Positions 26,588 to 40,200 of a stretch of DNA of 64,000 nucleotides are shown here, piece after piece. How positions within the stretch are numbered: position 1 is the stretch's first letter; the number at the start of each line of letters is the position of its first letter. The notes under the pieces were generated by a model. That model did not search any database. It was not told the DNA's origin and worked only from the letters and a program-made list of their open reading frames with translations. Source of the stretch: Ostrea edulis (Eukaryota); the NCBI RefSeq assembly GCF_947568905.1, contig NC_079164.1, positions 107,136,001-107,200,000 of the forward strand, given 5' to 3'. A program made the position numbers and the translations under genes.

Positions 26588-26907
26588 AGTAGAGAGTACT
26601 TAATTCTGTCAGTATCAGTAGAGAGTACTTAATTCTGTCAGTATCAGTAGAGAGTACTTAATTCTGTCAGCATCAGTAGAGAGTACTTAATTCTGTCAGC
26701 ATCAGTAGAGAGTACTTAATTCTGTCAGCATCAGTAGAGAGTACTTAATTCTGTCAGTATCAGTAGAGAGTACTTAATTCTGCCAGTATCAGTAGAGAGT
26801 ACTTAATTCTGCCAGTATTGGGGCAGTATCAGTAGAAAGTACTTAATTCTACCAGTATCAGTAGAGAATACTTAATTCTGTCAGTATCAGTAGAGAGTAC
26901 TTAATTA
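26588..26907. repeat. 29-bp minisatellite, about 11 copies, same unit as 28717-30264
   Basis: Unit cagtagagagtacttaattctgtcagtat. Confidence 0.95.
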
Positions 26908-28359
26908 ATAACATCACTGTAGAAATATTGAAATCAGACATAGAAACAACTGTCAAGGAATTACACAAACTATACAACATTGTCTGGACAACTGGAAAAG
27001 CTCCCAAAGATTGGAGAAGGGGACTTATAATAAAGTTAGCAAAGAAAGGTGACCTGACAAACTGTGGAAATTGGAGAGGAATCACACTAATAGCAACAGC
27101 TGCCAAAATAATGGGGAAAATAATAATAAAAAGAATTGTACTTGGTGTAGACAGACATTTGAGAATGGAACAAGCTGGATTCAGGGCAGGAAGAGGCACT
27201 ACGGAACAGATATTTGTCCTACGTAATATTCTAGAACAAGCTATAGAATGGAACTCCAACCTCTATCTATGCTTCGTCGATTTTGAAAAAGCCTTCGACA
27301 GCGTACACAGGGAAACCCTTTGGAAGATCATGAAATCTTATGGAATACCAGACGTAATAATCAGTATGGTTAAATTAATGTATGAAGACAGTGAATGCGC
27401 AGTTGTCGATGGGAATGGTACAACAGAATGGTTTAATGTTAAATCTGGTGTCAAACAAGGATGCAACATGTCGGGTTTCTTGTTCCTCCTGGTAGTTGAC
27501 TGGATAATGAAAAAGACAACAGCAGATAACAACTCAGGCATAAGATGGAATTAGACGATCTAGATTTTGCAGACGACATCGCTTTATTATCCAGCAGCAA
27601 AGATCAAATACAACAAAAACTGAACTCTCTAAACAGATATGCAGCTAGAACAGGTCTAAAAATCAATACAGGAAAAACCAAAGTTATGCGTCTAAATGCT
27701 TCAAACATCACACCAATAACCATCAATGGGAACAACATAAACGATGTGGATGAGTTCATTTACCTAGGAGCAACAGTAAGCAAGACAGGAGGTACTAATG
27801 AAGATATAAGAAGAAGAATTGGTCATGCAAGAGTAGCATTCCATAAGCTACGCAAGATCTGGAGCAATAACCAACTCAACAGAAAAACAAAAATGAAGCT
27901 CTTCAGCTCAAATGTAATAGCTGTGTTATTGTATGGCAGTGAGACCTGGAAAATGACAAAAGGGGACGAAAAACTTGTAGATACCTTCCAGCACAAATGT
28001 CTTAGGAAAATCTTAAAGATCTACTGGCCAATGAAAATATCAAATGTAGCAGTTAGAGAGATAGCAGGAGTAGCAAAGATCAGCACTATGATAAAAACAC
28101 GCAGATGGCAGTGGATTGGACATGTGCTACGGATGGATAAAAGAACACACCCATATGTAGTCCTTAGTTGGACACCAGAAGGAAAAAGAAAGAGAGGAAG
28201 ACCGAAGGAAACGTGGAGAAGAACAATAGAAAGAGAGAGGAAAGAACTAGGTTTTGGGTCATGGACAGAGGCAGCAAGATCAGCCCAGGATAGAAGTAAA
28301 TGGAGAGGACTTGTTCATGGCCCTATTCTCCACGAAGAGAGAAGGAATTAAGTCAAGTC
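26908..28359 (+). mobile_element. 5'-truncated, frameshifted RTE-clade LINE (reverse transcriptase region)
   Basis: ORFs 26928-27554 and 27545-28351 carry GNWRGITL, EQAGFRAGR, FVDFEKAFDSV, GVKQGC and LDFADD. A small deletion and frameshift occurs at RWN|LDD (about 27550). Tail aagtcaagtc follows the stop. Confidence 0.92.
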
Positions 28360-28514
28360 ACAAACCAGAATATGAAAATAAAATAATGAAATGCATGCAT
28401 TTTTATGATACATTTCTTTCTATAATAATATATATAACAATCTTCATTTTTAAAGTTGGACATACAAAAAACAATGCTATACACTTGCTATTTACAGACT
28501 TGCACATATGTTGG

Positions 28515-28672
28515 CACTAGGGGGTCATTTGTGGGAGAAAACCAGAGTACCCATAGGAAACCCACATGTCTGAGCGTGCAAACACTATACCCTCTCACAT
28601 ACAACCACTGTCGATCACGAGGATTGAACTCAGGTCGCAGCAGCTAGTGCGTTAACCACTATGCTACCCGGA
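28515..28672 (-). mobile_element. tRNA-derived SINE with a V-domain-like core
   Basis: Minus: gtccgggtagcatagtggttaacgcactagc...gagttcaatcc (A and B boxes), then gggtttcctatgggtactctggttttctcccac. Confidence 0.65.
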
Positions 28673-28716
28673 CAAATTTAAAGCATCCATGCTTAACAAA
28701 TGAAATGTTTCAAATA

Positions 28717-30264
28717 TTGGGGCAGTATCAGTAGAGAGTACTTAAATCTGCCAGTATCAGTAGAGAGTACTTATTTCTGCCAATATCGGGGCAGTATCAG
28801 TAGAGAGTACTTAATTCTGTCAGTATCACTAGAGAGTACTTAATTCTGCCAGTATCAGTAGAGAGTACTTAATTCTGCCAGTATCAGTAGAGAATACTTA
28901 ATTCTGCCAGTATCAGTAGAGAGTACTTAATTCTGCCAGTATTGGGGCAGTATCAGTAGAGAGTACTTAATTCTGCCAGCATCAGTAGAGAGTACTTAAT
29001 TCTGTCAGTATCAGTAGAGAGTACTTAATTCTGTCAATATCAGTAGAGAGTACTTAATTCTGCCAGTATTGGGGCAGTATCAGTAGAGAGTACTTAATTC
29101 TGCCAGTATCAGTAGAAAGTACTTAATTCTGCCAGTATCAGTAGAGAGTACTTAATTCTGCCAGTATCAGAAAAGAGTACTTAATTCTGCCAGTATTGGG
29201 GCAGTATCAGTAGAAAGTACTTAATTCTGTCAGTATCAGTAGAGAGTACTTAATTCTGCCAGTATCAATAGAGAGTACTTAATTCTGTCAGTATTGGAGC
29301 AGTATCAGTAGAGAGTACTTAATTCTGCCAGTATCAGTAGAGAGTACTTAATTCTGCCAGTATCAGTAGAAAGTACTTAATTCTGCCAGTATCAGTAGAG
29401 AGTACTTAATTCTGCCAGTATCAGTAGAGAGTACTTAATTCTGCCAGTATTGGGGCAGCATCAGTAGAGAGTACTTAATTCTGTCAGTATCAGTAGAGTG
29501 TACTTAATTCTCTCAATATCAGTAGAGGGTACTTAATTCTACCAGTATCAGTAGAGAGTACTTAATTCTGTCAGTATCAGTAGAGAGTACTTAATTCTGT
29601 CAGTATCAGTAGAGAGTACTTAATTCTGTCAGTATCAGTAGAGAGTACTTAATTCTGTCAGTATCAGTAGAGTGTACTTAATTCTGTCAGCATCAGTAGA
29701 GAGTACTTAATTCTGTCAGTATCAGTAGAGAGTACTTAATTCTGTCAGCATCAGTAGAGTGTACTTAATTCTGTCAGCATCAGTAGAGAGTACTTAAATC
29801 TGTCAGCATCAATAGAGAGTACTTAATTCTGTCAGTATCAGTAGAGAGTACTTAATTCTACCAGTATCAGTAGAGAGTACTTAATTCTGCCAGTATCAGT
29901 AGAGTGTACTTAATTCTGTCAGTATCAGTAGAGAGTACTTAATTCTGCCAGTATCAGTAGAGAGTACTTAATTCTGTCAGCATCAGTAGAGAGTACTTAA
30001 TTCTGTCAGTATCAGTAGAGAGTACTTAATTCTGTCAGTATCAGTAGAGAGTACTTAATTCTGTCAGTATCAGTAGAGAGTACTTAATTCTGTCAGTATC
30101 AGTAGAGAGTACTTAATTCTGTCAGTATCAGTAGAGAGTACTTAATTCTGTCAATATCAGTAGAGAGTACTTAATTCTGCCAGTATCAGTAGAGTACTTA
30201 ATTCTGCCAGTATCAGTAGAGAGTACTTAATTCTGCCAGTATCAGTAGAGAGTACTTAATTCTG
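28717..30264. repeat. 29-bp minisatellite, about 50 copies (1.55 kb)
   Basis: Unit cagtagagagtacttaattctg(t/c)cagtat, with periodic variants carrying an extra tggggcagta. Confidence 0.97.
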
Positions 30265-30299
30265 GGAAATGGAGGGGATGTAACCGTGTTGTGATTATA

Positions 30300-30900
30300 A
30301 TTCTCCTCCTGATTTACTTTTCGTATTTTCGTGACTTTGGTATTGATACTTCAAAAAGCATATTTCGAACAACAAATAAGAATATTCGTGCCTCCAAACA
30401 TATAAGTCACGTCCACAATCAAACGGCAAACCGATTTGATCCATTTGTACTGACTAGAGATGCATGGCCATGCGATACTCATCATGCACTGTACATAATC
30501 ATAAAGGAAAGTGACACAACGTGGTGTGATAATACATGAAGAACAAATTCATAAAAGATAATAAACTAAATCATTGCATTAAATTGTATATGTACGAAAA
30601 AACTTACACCTTTAAATGCCCAAAGACCAACATTAATTCAATCTGAATGAGAAATCATGAAATCAGAAATGTCTCTGTTCCCAGTTCCTTTATGGACTTG
30701 TGTTTTCTTTACCATACTCAGTTGTATCGGATCTGTTCATTGGTGCATTGTTTCGGATTCCATAAAATTATGACTTCGGAACACCTCGGATTCAAACCAC
30801 TTCTTTACATCATAAGGTTAGAGGAGTTCTAAAGGTATTTTGATTCAATATGGCGGAAGAAAATTGTCCCAGACGAAACACATAGAAAAAGAGTTGAATA
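30300..30900. promoter_or_regulatory. Probable bidirectional promoter and first exons (MBTPS1 non-coding exon on minus; orphan gene on plus)
   Basis: Locally CpG-richer. Plus exon 1 ends at donor AG|GTGAGT (30932). A candidate minus donor GGT|GTAAGT lies at about 30606. The MBTPS1 ATG has an in-frame upstream stop and acceptor-like sites, implying an upstream UTR exon. Confidence 0.4.
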
Positions 30901-31225
30901 TTCTGCCTCCGAGTTACAAGTATTCTATACAGGTGAGTTTTTATAAGTGGAAAGTTCAGATAGTTGACAAGTAATGAGATTCTCCAAAATTTCTATCTAT
31001 TTACAACAGTTAGATAAAAGAAACCACCCTATTTTCTGAAAACGAAATGTTTGACATTTGAAATCAATTTTTTCCTCAAATCTCATTGTTTAACTACTTT
31101 TAAAGATGGTACCAATAACGTAGAACTAATTTCCGTGGATTTTTCTTTATAATTTAGGATGATGATACTGATGGTGGTGTCTGTCTGCGACAGAAGATTG
31201 GCGGTAGTAGGGTGTATCACTAAAT

Positions 31226-34200
31226 ATGCGTAAAAGTAGACATGAGCTTCAGAGAGGAAACATCATGCCCACAACTAATCAGAATACTGAATACCCGTGT
31301 CAGAATGGAGCACAAAGCCCATTGAGTCAGAACTCGAGTGAAAATGAGAAGTCATCTCCAGAATCATCTGAGAAACAAAAAGAGAAACCTTACTCCCCGG
31401 GATTTTACAGTGAGGGTCATAATAATATTCTCAATGGTGGTGGTTCCAGTTTAAATGGGCCTTTAAATGGATTTTTGCATGATGACTCAGAAATCACATC
31501 ATCATCCCATGTTGATATTGGTTCACAAGGAGAAACGAATGCTTTGGTTAATAGTACTCCTGTTGTGAATTGTAACCACTGTAATAAATATTTGAAACCA
31601 CAGCAAGTTAATGGTGTGCCAAACAGGAAACATTCACCAAAAGCAAACAGACCCAAGTCCATGTCATGGAGTCGTGTTGTTAAACACAGAAGAGATAGAA
31701 GAGAGCAAGAAAAGAAAGCTGGCTCAAAGTCAAAAAGGGAGCCGTACATTTATCCGGAACTTGGTTCAAGTTCTGATGACTCCTGTGATTGTTTTAGTTC
31801 TCCAGAAAATGGAAACTTACATAAAAGTGGTGTTGGATCATCTACAGAATCTGAAGGTGATGAAAGGGAATACTCAGAGAAAAATAAAAGCTCCAATTCA
31901 AAGCTTAATTTACCATCTAGAGCAACTGAACAAGTTGATTTTGCTAATCATGCTAATGGACATCATGAACAAGTTCAGAATGTAAATTTCCCTCCCAGGT
32001 TTGACGATATGCCAATATCAGCCCCATTAGCTGTGCCTGAGGACAGTGATGGGTCTTCTCAAAATTCTGGTTGTGATTCAAATGAAAAGGAAACAGAGAC
32101 TTTGACAAATGAAAATAAATTGTCTTCTCAAAATTCTAACCATGAAAACAAAACCAGTGATTATGAACAAGGTATTATTGGAAAAGATATGCTTGAAATT
32201 GAAGAACAAGTTGAGGAAGTTTTTACACATGCATCTAGTTCAGAGAGCCTGGAGGAAATTGCAGATGATGACAATTCATCTGAAATCCAGGAAAACAGAG
32301 GTGGTATTGTAGTGGAGGAGGTGACGGTACCATCAAGTTCAGAAAGTTTGGAGGAGATTGGAGACTACATAGAAACAGATTTTCCTTCTAGAGCAAGTCG
32401 TCACATGTTTGCATCCAGTTCAGAGCATTCTTCCACATCCAGTGATGAAGATGAAGGGTATGGAGTGAATCAGGAAAAAGATTCACATGATGCAGAAGCA
32501 GAGAATATATCCTCAAGTTTATCTCGTCAGATCTGTGAAAATGGAGTGAAACAAGAGAATGAGATCCATAGTCCACTATCTTGCCAGAACTCCAAGGATT
32601 TCAAAAAACAAGATTATTCACCTGTCCCTGTGTGTGATGATTTAGAAGTACCTCACTCAGACTCCTTTGCTGATGTTACAGCAAATCTTAGGTATGACAT
32701 GGAGAGCCAGTCTTCTAATGCATTTGTCTGTAGACCTAAATACATCACAAAAAACAGTCAGGATAGCAGTGAAAAGCCGGGGTCTGACTCTTCTTTCATG
32801 TACTCACCAGAAATAGACTTCTTAGATTCTGTTGACTCGGATGTGCCAACATCTGCAACAAGCTTACAACAGATGTTCCGATTTAGTCAAGATCTGGACA
32901 ATCCTAGTGTGGTAGACCAAAGAAATGCTGAGAGGAATACACCAGAGTTTTATATGTATGATCCATTAGACTATGCTTCCAATGACTTGCAAGGTGCTGA
33001 AGGAGGGGTTACAAATGATTTAAGCATGAGAAGACACTCGTTTGAGTTTGATGATGTTGAGTGTAATATGGAATCCTATGACCCTCATCTATGTGTAGAT
33101 GATAATGAACATTTTAACTACCTAGATACTTACAAACATGAGAAAGTGCCACAAGCCAACTTTCAGAATTCTGAGAGCAACAGAAAAGAGAAAGTGTTTT
33201 TTAAAGCATTGGAAAAGGAGAACAGATCTGCAGCTCCCTGTGATTCATCAGATGAAGAAGAAAATTTGAGTTTCCGTCTTAGAAGGGAACATTTAGGTAA
33301 TGTGCAGTTAGGACATTTCCCACAAGAGAGTGGACCTTGCATGGTACTAGAAGACCTGGAGAATCCAACGCATGCAGTCAGAAATGCAGTCATTATGCCT
33401 TTACCAAATAAACTGGATGAATCATCTGGGTAAGGCCAAAGAGAAATATTAATGATTTATATATTGATTATTAAAAACTGTTACTATGGGAACCTAGTTC
33501 TGTATAAAATCAAGAAAAGGATGAAAACAAGTATCTACACAAGATGTTATACATATTTTTATTATAGAATCTATTCTTAAGATGAATACATTGATAAGGG
33601 TAACTTCAGAAGATACAGTGTTTTACATATGAGATGATTTACAGTGTAACACTTTTCTTGACAATGATAGGGAGAGCTCAGAGGATCCAATATATGAAGA
33701 TATTGAGAGTCTGGGGACACCATTGTCGTCGATAGATAATTTACATGCAGTACAAGAAGAAAACTCCTGTGATAATAATTCTAAGGTAAAGGATTTTTAT
33801 CAGGGTCTACGCATGCTTTTGCTAAAAAAAAATTGATTTAATTATTTGATCCTTTTAGTTTTTATCACTTTTTTAACTTGTTGTACCATATTTTTTGAGC
33901 ATAAACTTTGAGTTTTAAATTTACTGATTTCTGTACCAATACTAGTATTCTTAATTAACAAAGAAATTTAATTTGAAAAAAAAAAAGAATTCAATATTCA
34001 ATGATTTTCATATTAGAATAATTGAAGTCAATATTAAAAGTGAAATATAATTTTCATACGCCCGTCAAAGACGGGATGTAATATGGTATGGCTTCATCCG
34101 TCCGTCCATCTGTCTGTCCGGACCTTGTGGGCAGGATACAGACTGAACCGTAAGCTCCAGGATTTTACAACCTGGTACATTTGATCACCATGATGAGAGG

Positions 34201-37200
34201 AAGATGCCTATTGTTTTTCAAGGTCAAAAGTCAAGGTCGTAATATCACATAGTAGGAAATCTTATTAGGAAACCCTTGTGGGCAGGATACAAATCGAACC
34301 ATAAGCTCCAGGATATTACAACTTGGTATATTTGATCACCATGATGAGAGGAAGATGCCTATTGTTTTTCAAGGTCAAAAGTTAAAGGTCAAGGTCAATA
34401 TTACTTAGTAGGAAAACATTGTAGGCAGGATACAAACTGAACCGTAAGGTCCAGAATATTGCAACTTGGTACATTTGATCACCATGATGAGATGAAGATG
34501 CCTATTGTTTTTCAAGGTCAAGGTCGCAGTATCACTTGGTTGGAAAACCTTGTAGGCAGGATACAAACAACCATAAGCTCCAGGATATTGAAACTTGGTA
34601 CATTTAATCACCATGATGAGAGGAAGATGTCTATTATTTTTCAAGGTCAAGGTCACAGTATCAATTAGTAAGAAAACCTTGTAGGCAGTATACAAACCGA
34701 AATGTTGGGGCTAGGACCGTCAAACTTTGTACACAAACACTTTATGCCAAGTGGAGGATGCCTATTGTTTCTTAAGGTCAAGGTCGTAGTAGCAGGATGC
34801 AGACTGATTCATTGGGTAAGGACCATTAAACTTGGTACACATGCATCTTATGCCAAGTGAAAATATTACATAGAGAGTACATGATTTATCTTGGGGTTTT
34901 TTTTATGCAAAGAAAGTATGTCACACTCTGATGATTGCTGATACTACTTGAAGGCAAGTTCTACAAATCATGATGCAAGAAAAATGCCCTATATTAGCTT
35001 TTCACGGGCGTATTATGTACCATTGGCGTTACTCTTGTTATACAACTGATATGCAATGATGAGAATGAAATAAATGTTGTATTTCAGCATTTTTATATAC
35101 GTCTTCAGACAGGAAGTATTTGGGAACAGTGATGTTTGTACGCATGTCCATCTCTCTGTCTGGTTTTCTGTTTCTCATTTTTCTGTCCCTTGTCAAGCTG
35201 AAACTCGCTGTGTAGCTTCTTTGAGGGTCATTTAAGATGATGTTGCAATATTGATTGATTTTGACATCTCTTGCAGGAGTTTTTTTCCTTTATATCAGAG
35301 TACATGATTTGTCTGTGTAACTCCTCCCTCAGTTTTCAAGTGAGGACCTTCTTATTTTACAAAGTGTTTGTATGGGTATTTAAGATGAGCATTTCGCAAG
35401 GATTTTGATTTTCTTCAATTTTTGAGAAAATTACAGGTTGTTGACCTCCTGAGGAAACATTACAACTTACAAAGAAAGTACATAATTTGTATGTCTAGCT
35501 TCTTCAGTTTGTGGGAAAACATCCAATTTTACAAAGAGAGTACATAATTTGTCTAACTCTTCCCACACTTTTCATGTAGCATTTTGATTTCCTTCACTTT
35601 TTGAGAAAATTGCAGTTTGTTTAATTTCCTGAGTTTTTGAGGAAATATTAAATAGAGAGTACATGATTTGTCTCCTTCAAGTGAGGACCTTCTACTACTT
35701 AGTGATTTGATGGATAATGAAGATGTTCATATGGCAAGGATTCTGATTTTCTTCAATTTATGAGAAAATTACTGGTTATTGAACTTTGTCAGTTTTCAGG
35801 AAATATTACGAAGTGAGTACATGATTTGTCCATTTCACAATTTTCGAGCTGAGACCTTTGTAAACAACTTGGAAGATTTACATATATTGCAAGGATTTTG
35901 ATTCCCAACAATTTTTTAATTTTCTTTAATGTTTCAAAAAAGTTAGAGGTTGTTAAACGTAGTCAGTGTTTGGAAGATATTTCTCTATTTACCTCCTGTG
36001 ACAGTTTTTAAGCTAGGATCTTATATTCATATGATGCAACAGGAAGTATGCCATAGCTTGGTGATGGCTGGCACTACTTTGATTAAGTAAAATTCTAAAC
36101 CCTACATAAGCTTGTGACTTGTGTATTATGTACTATTTCCAGTTCTCTTGTGGGAGTTTGTGTTTTGAATTACTTGGCAGAAAAAACCCAAGCACAAGGA
36201 TCTCATATCATAAAGCTACCATGAAATCTCATCACCTATATATAGCTACATCAAATCTTGTGTGATGTTGATTGCATAGTATTTCCTTGATGTTTAAGGA
36301 TTTCAAAATCTTAAATTTTAAATGATTTAGATAGGAATGTCATTAGAAAATATTAGAATGAACCGTGTACAAGTACGTAATCCCATGTAACGAATTAGTT
36401 TGTATGTTTCACAGGTGGTGTGTAAGTTTGACAGGCGACGGAGACATGGTCGCAGACCTGTGGATGTAGAAAAGGTGATGATATGGCACGAATATGAGGC
36501 CTATCTACTGCAGGTGAAACAGATCGGAACATCAGCTTGTGGGCCCACTGCAATACTAACTGTGCTTGTAAGTATCGGGGTTGGATGTTCATTGTTTTCA
36601 TGGGCTAACCCACAAATGAAATCTTCCAGGAACAACTGAACTTCTTCAACCACAGAAATCTCACCCCACTAAAACAAATGATTATACAGTAGTTAGCTGA
36701 CTGCACATGGTGGAGGTTTACGTAGATCTCGTATGATCGTCTGTTGCACATGAATGAAGTATTGTTAATGGCAAATTTAGACATTTAAAGACGGATTGCT
36801 GATCAAGATCTACTGTCCATTATACCATTGAAAAATTGTTTTATACCAAAGAAAATATGGAAATGCATCCGTGCATAGAAAAGAGGATGAAAGCTATATT
36901 TAGAACAATAGATTATATCCATGTGTAATTGTTTTATTTACAGAAAGCATTCGATTATCAAGTTGATAAGGAAGAAGTTTGCAAGAAAATTGTTACTAAC
37001 TCCAGAATGGAAACGGCACCAATCAGTTACTATTTGTTTTCTCGATCTGTGGCAGGTAAGATCACCTACAGTTTATCTGTTTATCAGGCTTATACTGCTT
37101 AAAGTTACTGGAAATAAATTCATGAACTCTGTTGTTTTATCAAAATTAGTATACAATAATTTTCATATTAGAATTGTTGAAGTCAATCTAAAAAGTGGAA

Positions 37201-40200
37201 TATTTTTTGTACAATTGATATGCAATGATGGGAATGAATTAAATGTTGTATTTTATGGAAATGAAGGGAAACTTTGAACTTTATAGGTACAACAGCACAG
37301 CAGCTGATTGAGGGTGTTCAGAATCTGACCCGAGGTACCATACAGGGAAGATTTTTCCACTTTTATCCTGCCAGAAAAGTGGAACTCCTGAAATGGCTAG
37401 GAGATTGGATAAAGAAAGGTAAACATTTAGAAAACCCATAGATTATAACACATTATCATTATGACCATATAATACATGTTCAAAGTGAAATAGTGTAGTA
37501 TTCTAAAATTGATTACTACCAATGAGATTTCATATTTTAAAAAAAGCCTAACTTAAAATATGTTTTTTTATGTCAGGTGCTGTTCCTATTGCAACATTGA
37601 ATTTACAAAGGGGTGTGAAACCTGGTTGGACCATTCCTGATGCCTGGCATCATCAGATGATTTATGGAGTTAGCTCCAAAGGTGAGCTGTCATTCATATT
37701 GTCATCTTATTGAAATAAATTTTGATATCAAAAATGATTAGGGAGAGAATTTTTAAAATCATGCTGAAAGGAACTTAATAGATTGATTTTTTCTTAGGCC
37801 CACTATCATTATTAGGTCACCTGTCGAGCTGTAAGCTCAAGTGAGCTTTTCTGATCACCTGTTGTCCTCTGTCCGTCTGCGAACCATGGGTCAATCTCAA
37901 CCAAACTTATCACAAAGTATCATTGGATAAAGGGGATTCAAAGTTGTTCAATTGAAGGGCCACATCCCTTTCCAAGGAGAGATAATTAAGAAATAGTGAG
38001 GAATGTATTGTGGTGAGAACTGGATTGACACAATCAGATAGCTCCAAAAGCACCAGAATAAAGATAATGGGGTCCTGGAATCAAATACTTGTTGCCCCCA
38101 ATAAAGTAAATATAGTGCCAGCTTTAAAAAATATTCTCAAGAACCACTAGGCCAGAAAAGACAAAACTTTTATGAAAACTACCTTTAAAAAAGTTGACTC
38201 AAAATTTTTCAAATCATGGTTCCCAGATGTAGAATGGGGCACAATAGGGGATCAAAGTTTTAAATGAGAATATCTTGGAAAAACAAATTTAAAATCTTCT
38301 TAATTGATTATTATGCTCAAATCATGGTCCAAGGGGGTAAGGTGGCACCACAGTAGGAAATCAAATTTTCACCTTACATGCAATCTGAATTCATTGTTTA
38401 CCACATTCCAACGACAGGAAAACTCAGAGAAATAGAGAGCTTGCATATGTGTCTGAATTAGGTGGTGTTTCGGAGGTTTATTCAGCCTCAGTTTTATTTT
38501 GGAAAAATCACATTGAAACCGCTACAATTTATGCCACAAGAAAAATGAAATTCAATGAATGCCTTAGATATATTTGGCATGAAACTGTTCACGTTCCAGC
38601 GAGAAAATACACAGGAGATGGAAGTTTCAGAATTTGGGTTTATAAATTCATTTTAATAGAATTACAATTATTTTTTTATCAAGTTCAAACATTTTCTGAT
38701 TACCAGCGAATGCAACTTATCATTGATATCACTGCCGACTAGAAAACTTGGCATTGTAGATTGCTATTTAGATAGAAAGAAGGTACATGTAGGTCTACTG
38801 ATTTTCAAAACATCAAATGTTTAACATTCATAAATAAAAAAATTATGTTGAAACACATTGAGACTTCTTAAACTTCCAAATGACAGTATGTGCAACTCCT
38901 GATTATCACTGACTGTAAGAATACACCACACTGCTTAAATCTATAAAGTAAAATAGGTTTTTTAAAATGCTCAGTTATTGGGAAAATACACTTACAGTAC
39001 ATATTTGTTTTGAAATATCATATATTGATTGATTCAAAGATTTACAAGGAAATATATGGGAAGAAAATTTGAAAATCTTCAAGAACAGGACCATAATTAG
39101 TATGCAATCAACCTCAGATAGTGCAGATCTCGGAGATAGGATGGGGCCACAATAGGGGATCAAGGTTTTACATGTGAATATAAATCTGACCATGATTAGT
39201 CAGATTGATATTCAAGTATTCAGATGTAGTGCAGATTCATAATTGATCAAATCATGGTCCCTGCCCAGGGGGCAAGGATGGAAATAAAATAGGAATTCAA
39301 AGTTTTACATGAGAGAATGTAGGAAATTTTAAAAATTTTTGTTCAAGACAGCAGGGCTACACTAAATCATGATAATACCAGGGCATGCAAATATTCGGAA
39401 GTCGATTAGATTTTTTTTGCTTTTCAAATTATGGACACTGGGGTTAAAATTGGGGATCAAATTTAACATATTACATGAATATAGTGAGTGGAAAATTAAA
39501 GAAATTTCTCCAGGACAGTAAGGCCGTGCTGGTAACATTGATAATGAAACATCCTTTATTGTTTGGACTCAAGTTCAGTTAAGTCATGACCCCATGGAGC
39601 TAGGGTGGGGTCATAATATGGGGATGTGGAAAATAAACAAGACCTGTACAAATATTCTGAAAAATAGCAGGGCCAAGGTGACTCTTGTGAGCATTGTGGT
39701 CCACGGGCCTCTTGTTTTTGTTGAAAGATTTTCAAGATTTCTCTATAGCACATGTCTATACTAGAACTTTGAAAAAACATTTCAGGTGTTTACTTGACAA
39801 ATCCATTAGAAATTGTTCCCGAGGAGACCATTATGGAACAGCTAACCAGTGATTCCATTCTCCTGATCCGACGGCAGGATGTGGTCAACCGTTTTCGTGA
39901 TTGGTCACCACTAAATGATCTAATCACCAAGAAGGACAAAAGATGGAATGAAATGAATGTATTAGGTACTTATTTTCAAAATTTAGACAAAAAAGTGTCG
40001 TGGATCTAAGGTTTTGGAAACCATGATCTTGAAGTCTGGTGTCACAATAGCTGTCCTAACTTTTGCGTAAGTCTTTGATAGTCCTCTTAAAATGAACAAA
40101 GCTACAATCTGTTGGTGAGTTATAGATCAAGCTACAGTCTGTTGGTGAGTTATAGATCAAGCTACAGTCTGTTGGTGAGTTATAGATCAAGCTACAGTCT

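Noticed and set aside
26928-28351. Active LINE or host RT gene
   Set aside because: It lacks the endonuclease (5'-truncated) and is frameshifted just before the catalytic FADD motif.
26588-30264. CRISPR-like look of the 29-bp repeats
   Set aside because: Units are contiguous with no unique spacers, there are no cas genes, and the context is eukaryotic.
31226-33433. Stand-alone single-exon 735-aa gene
   Set aside because: The TAA overlaps a GG|GTAAG donor, and seven downstream exons continue in phase.
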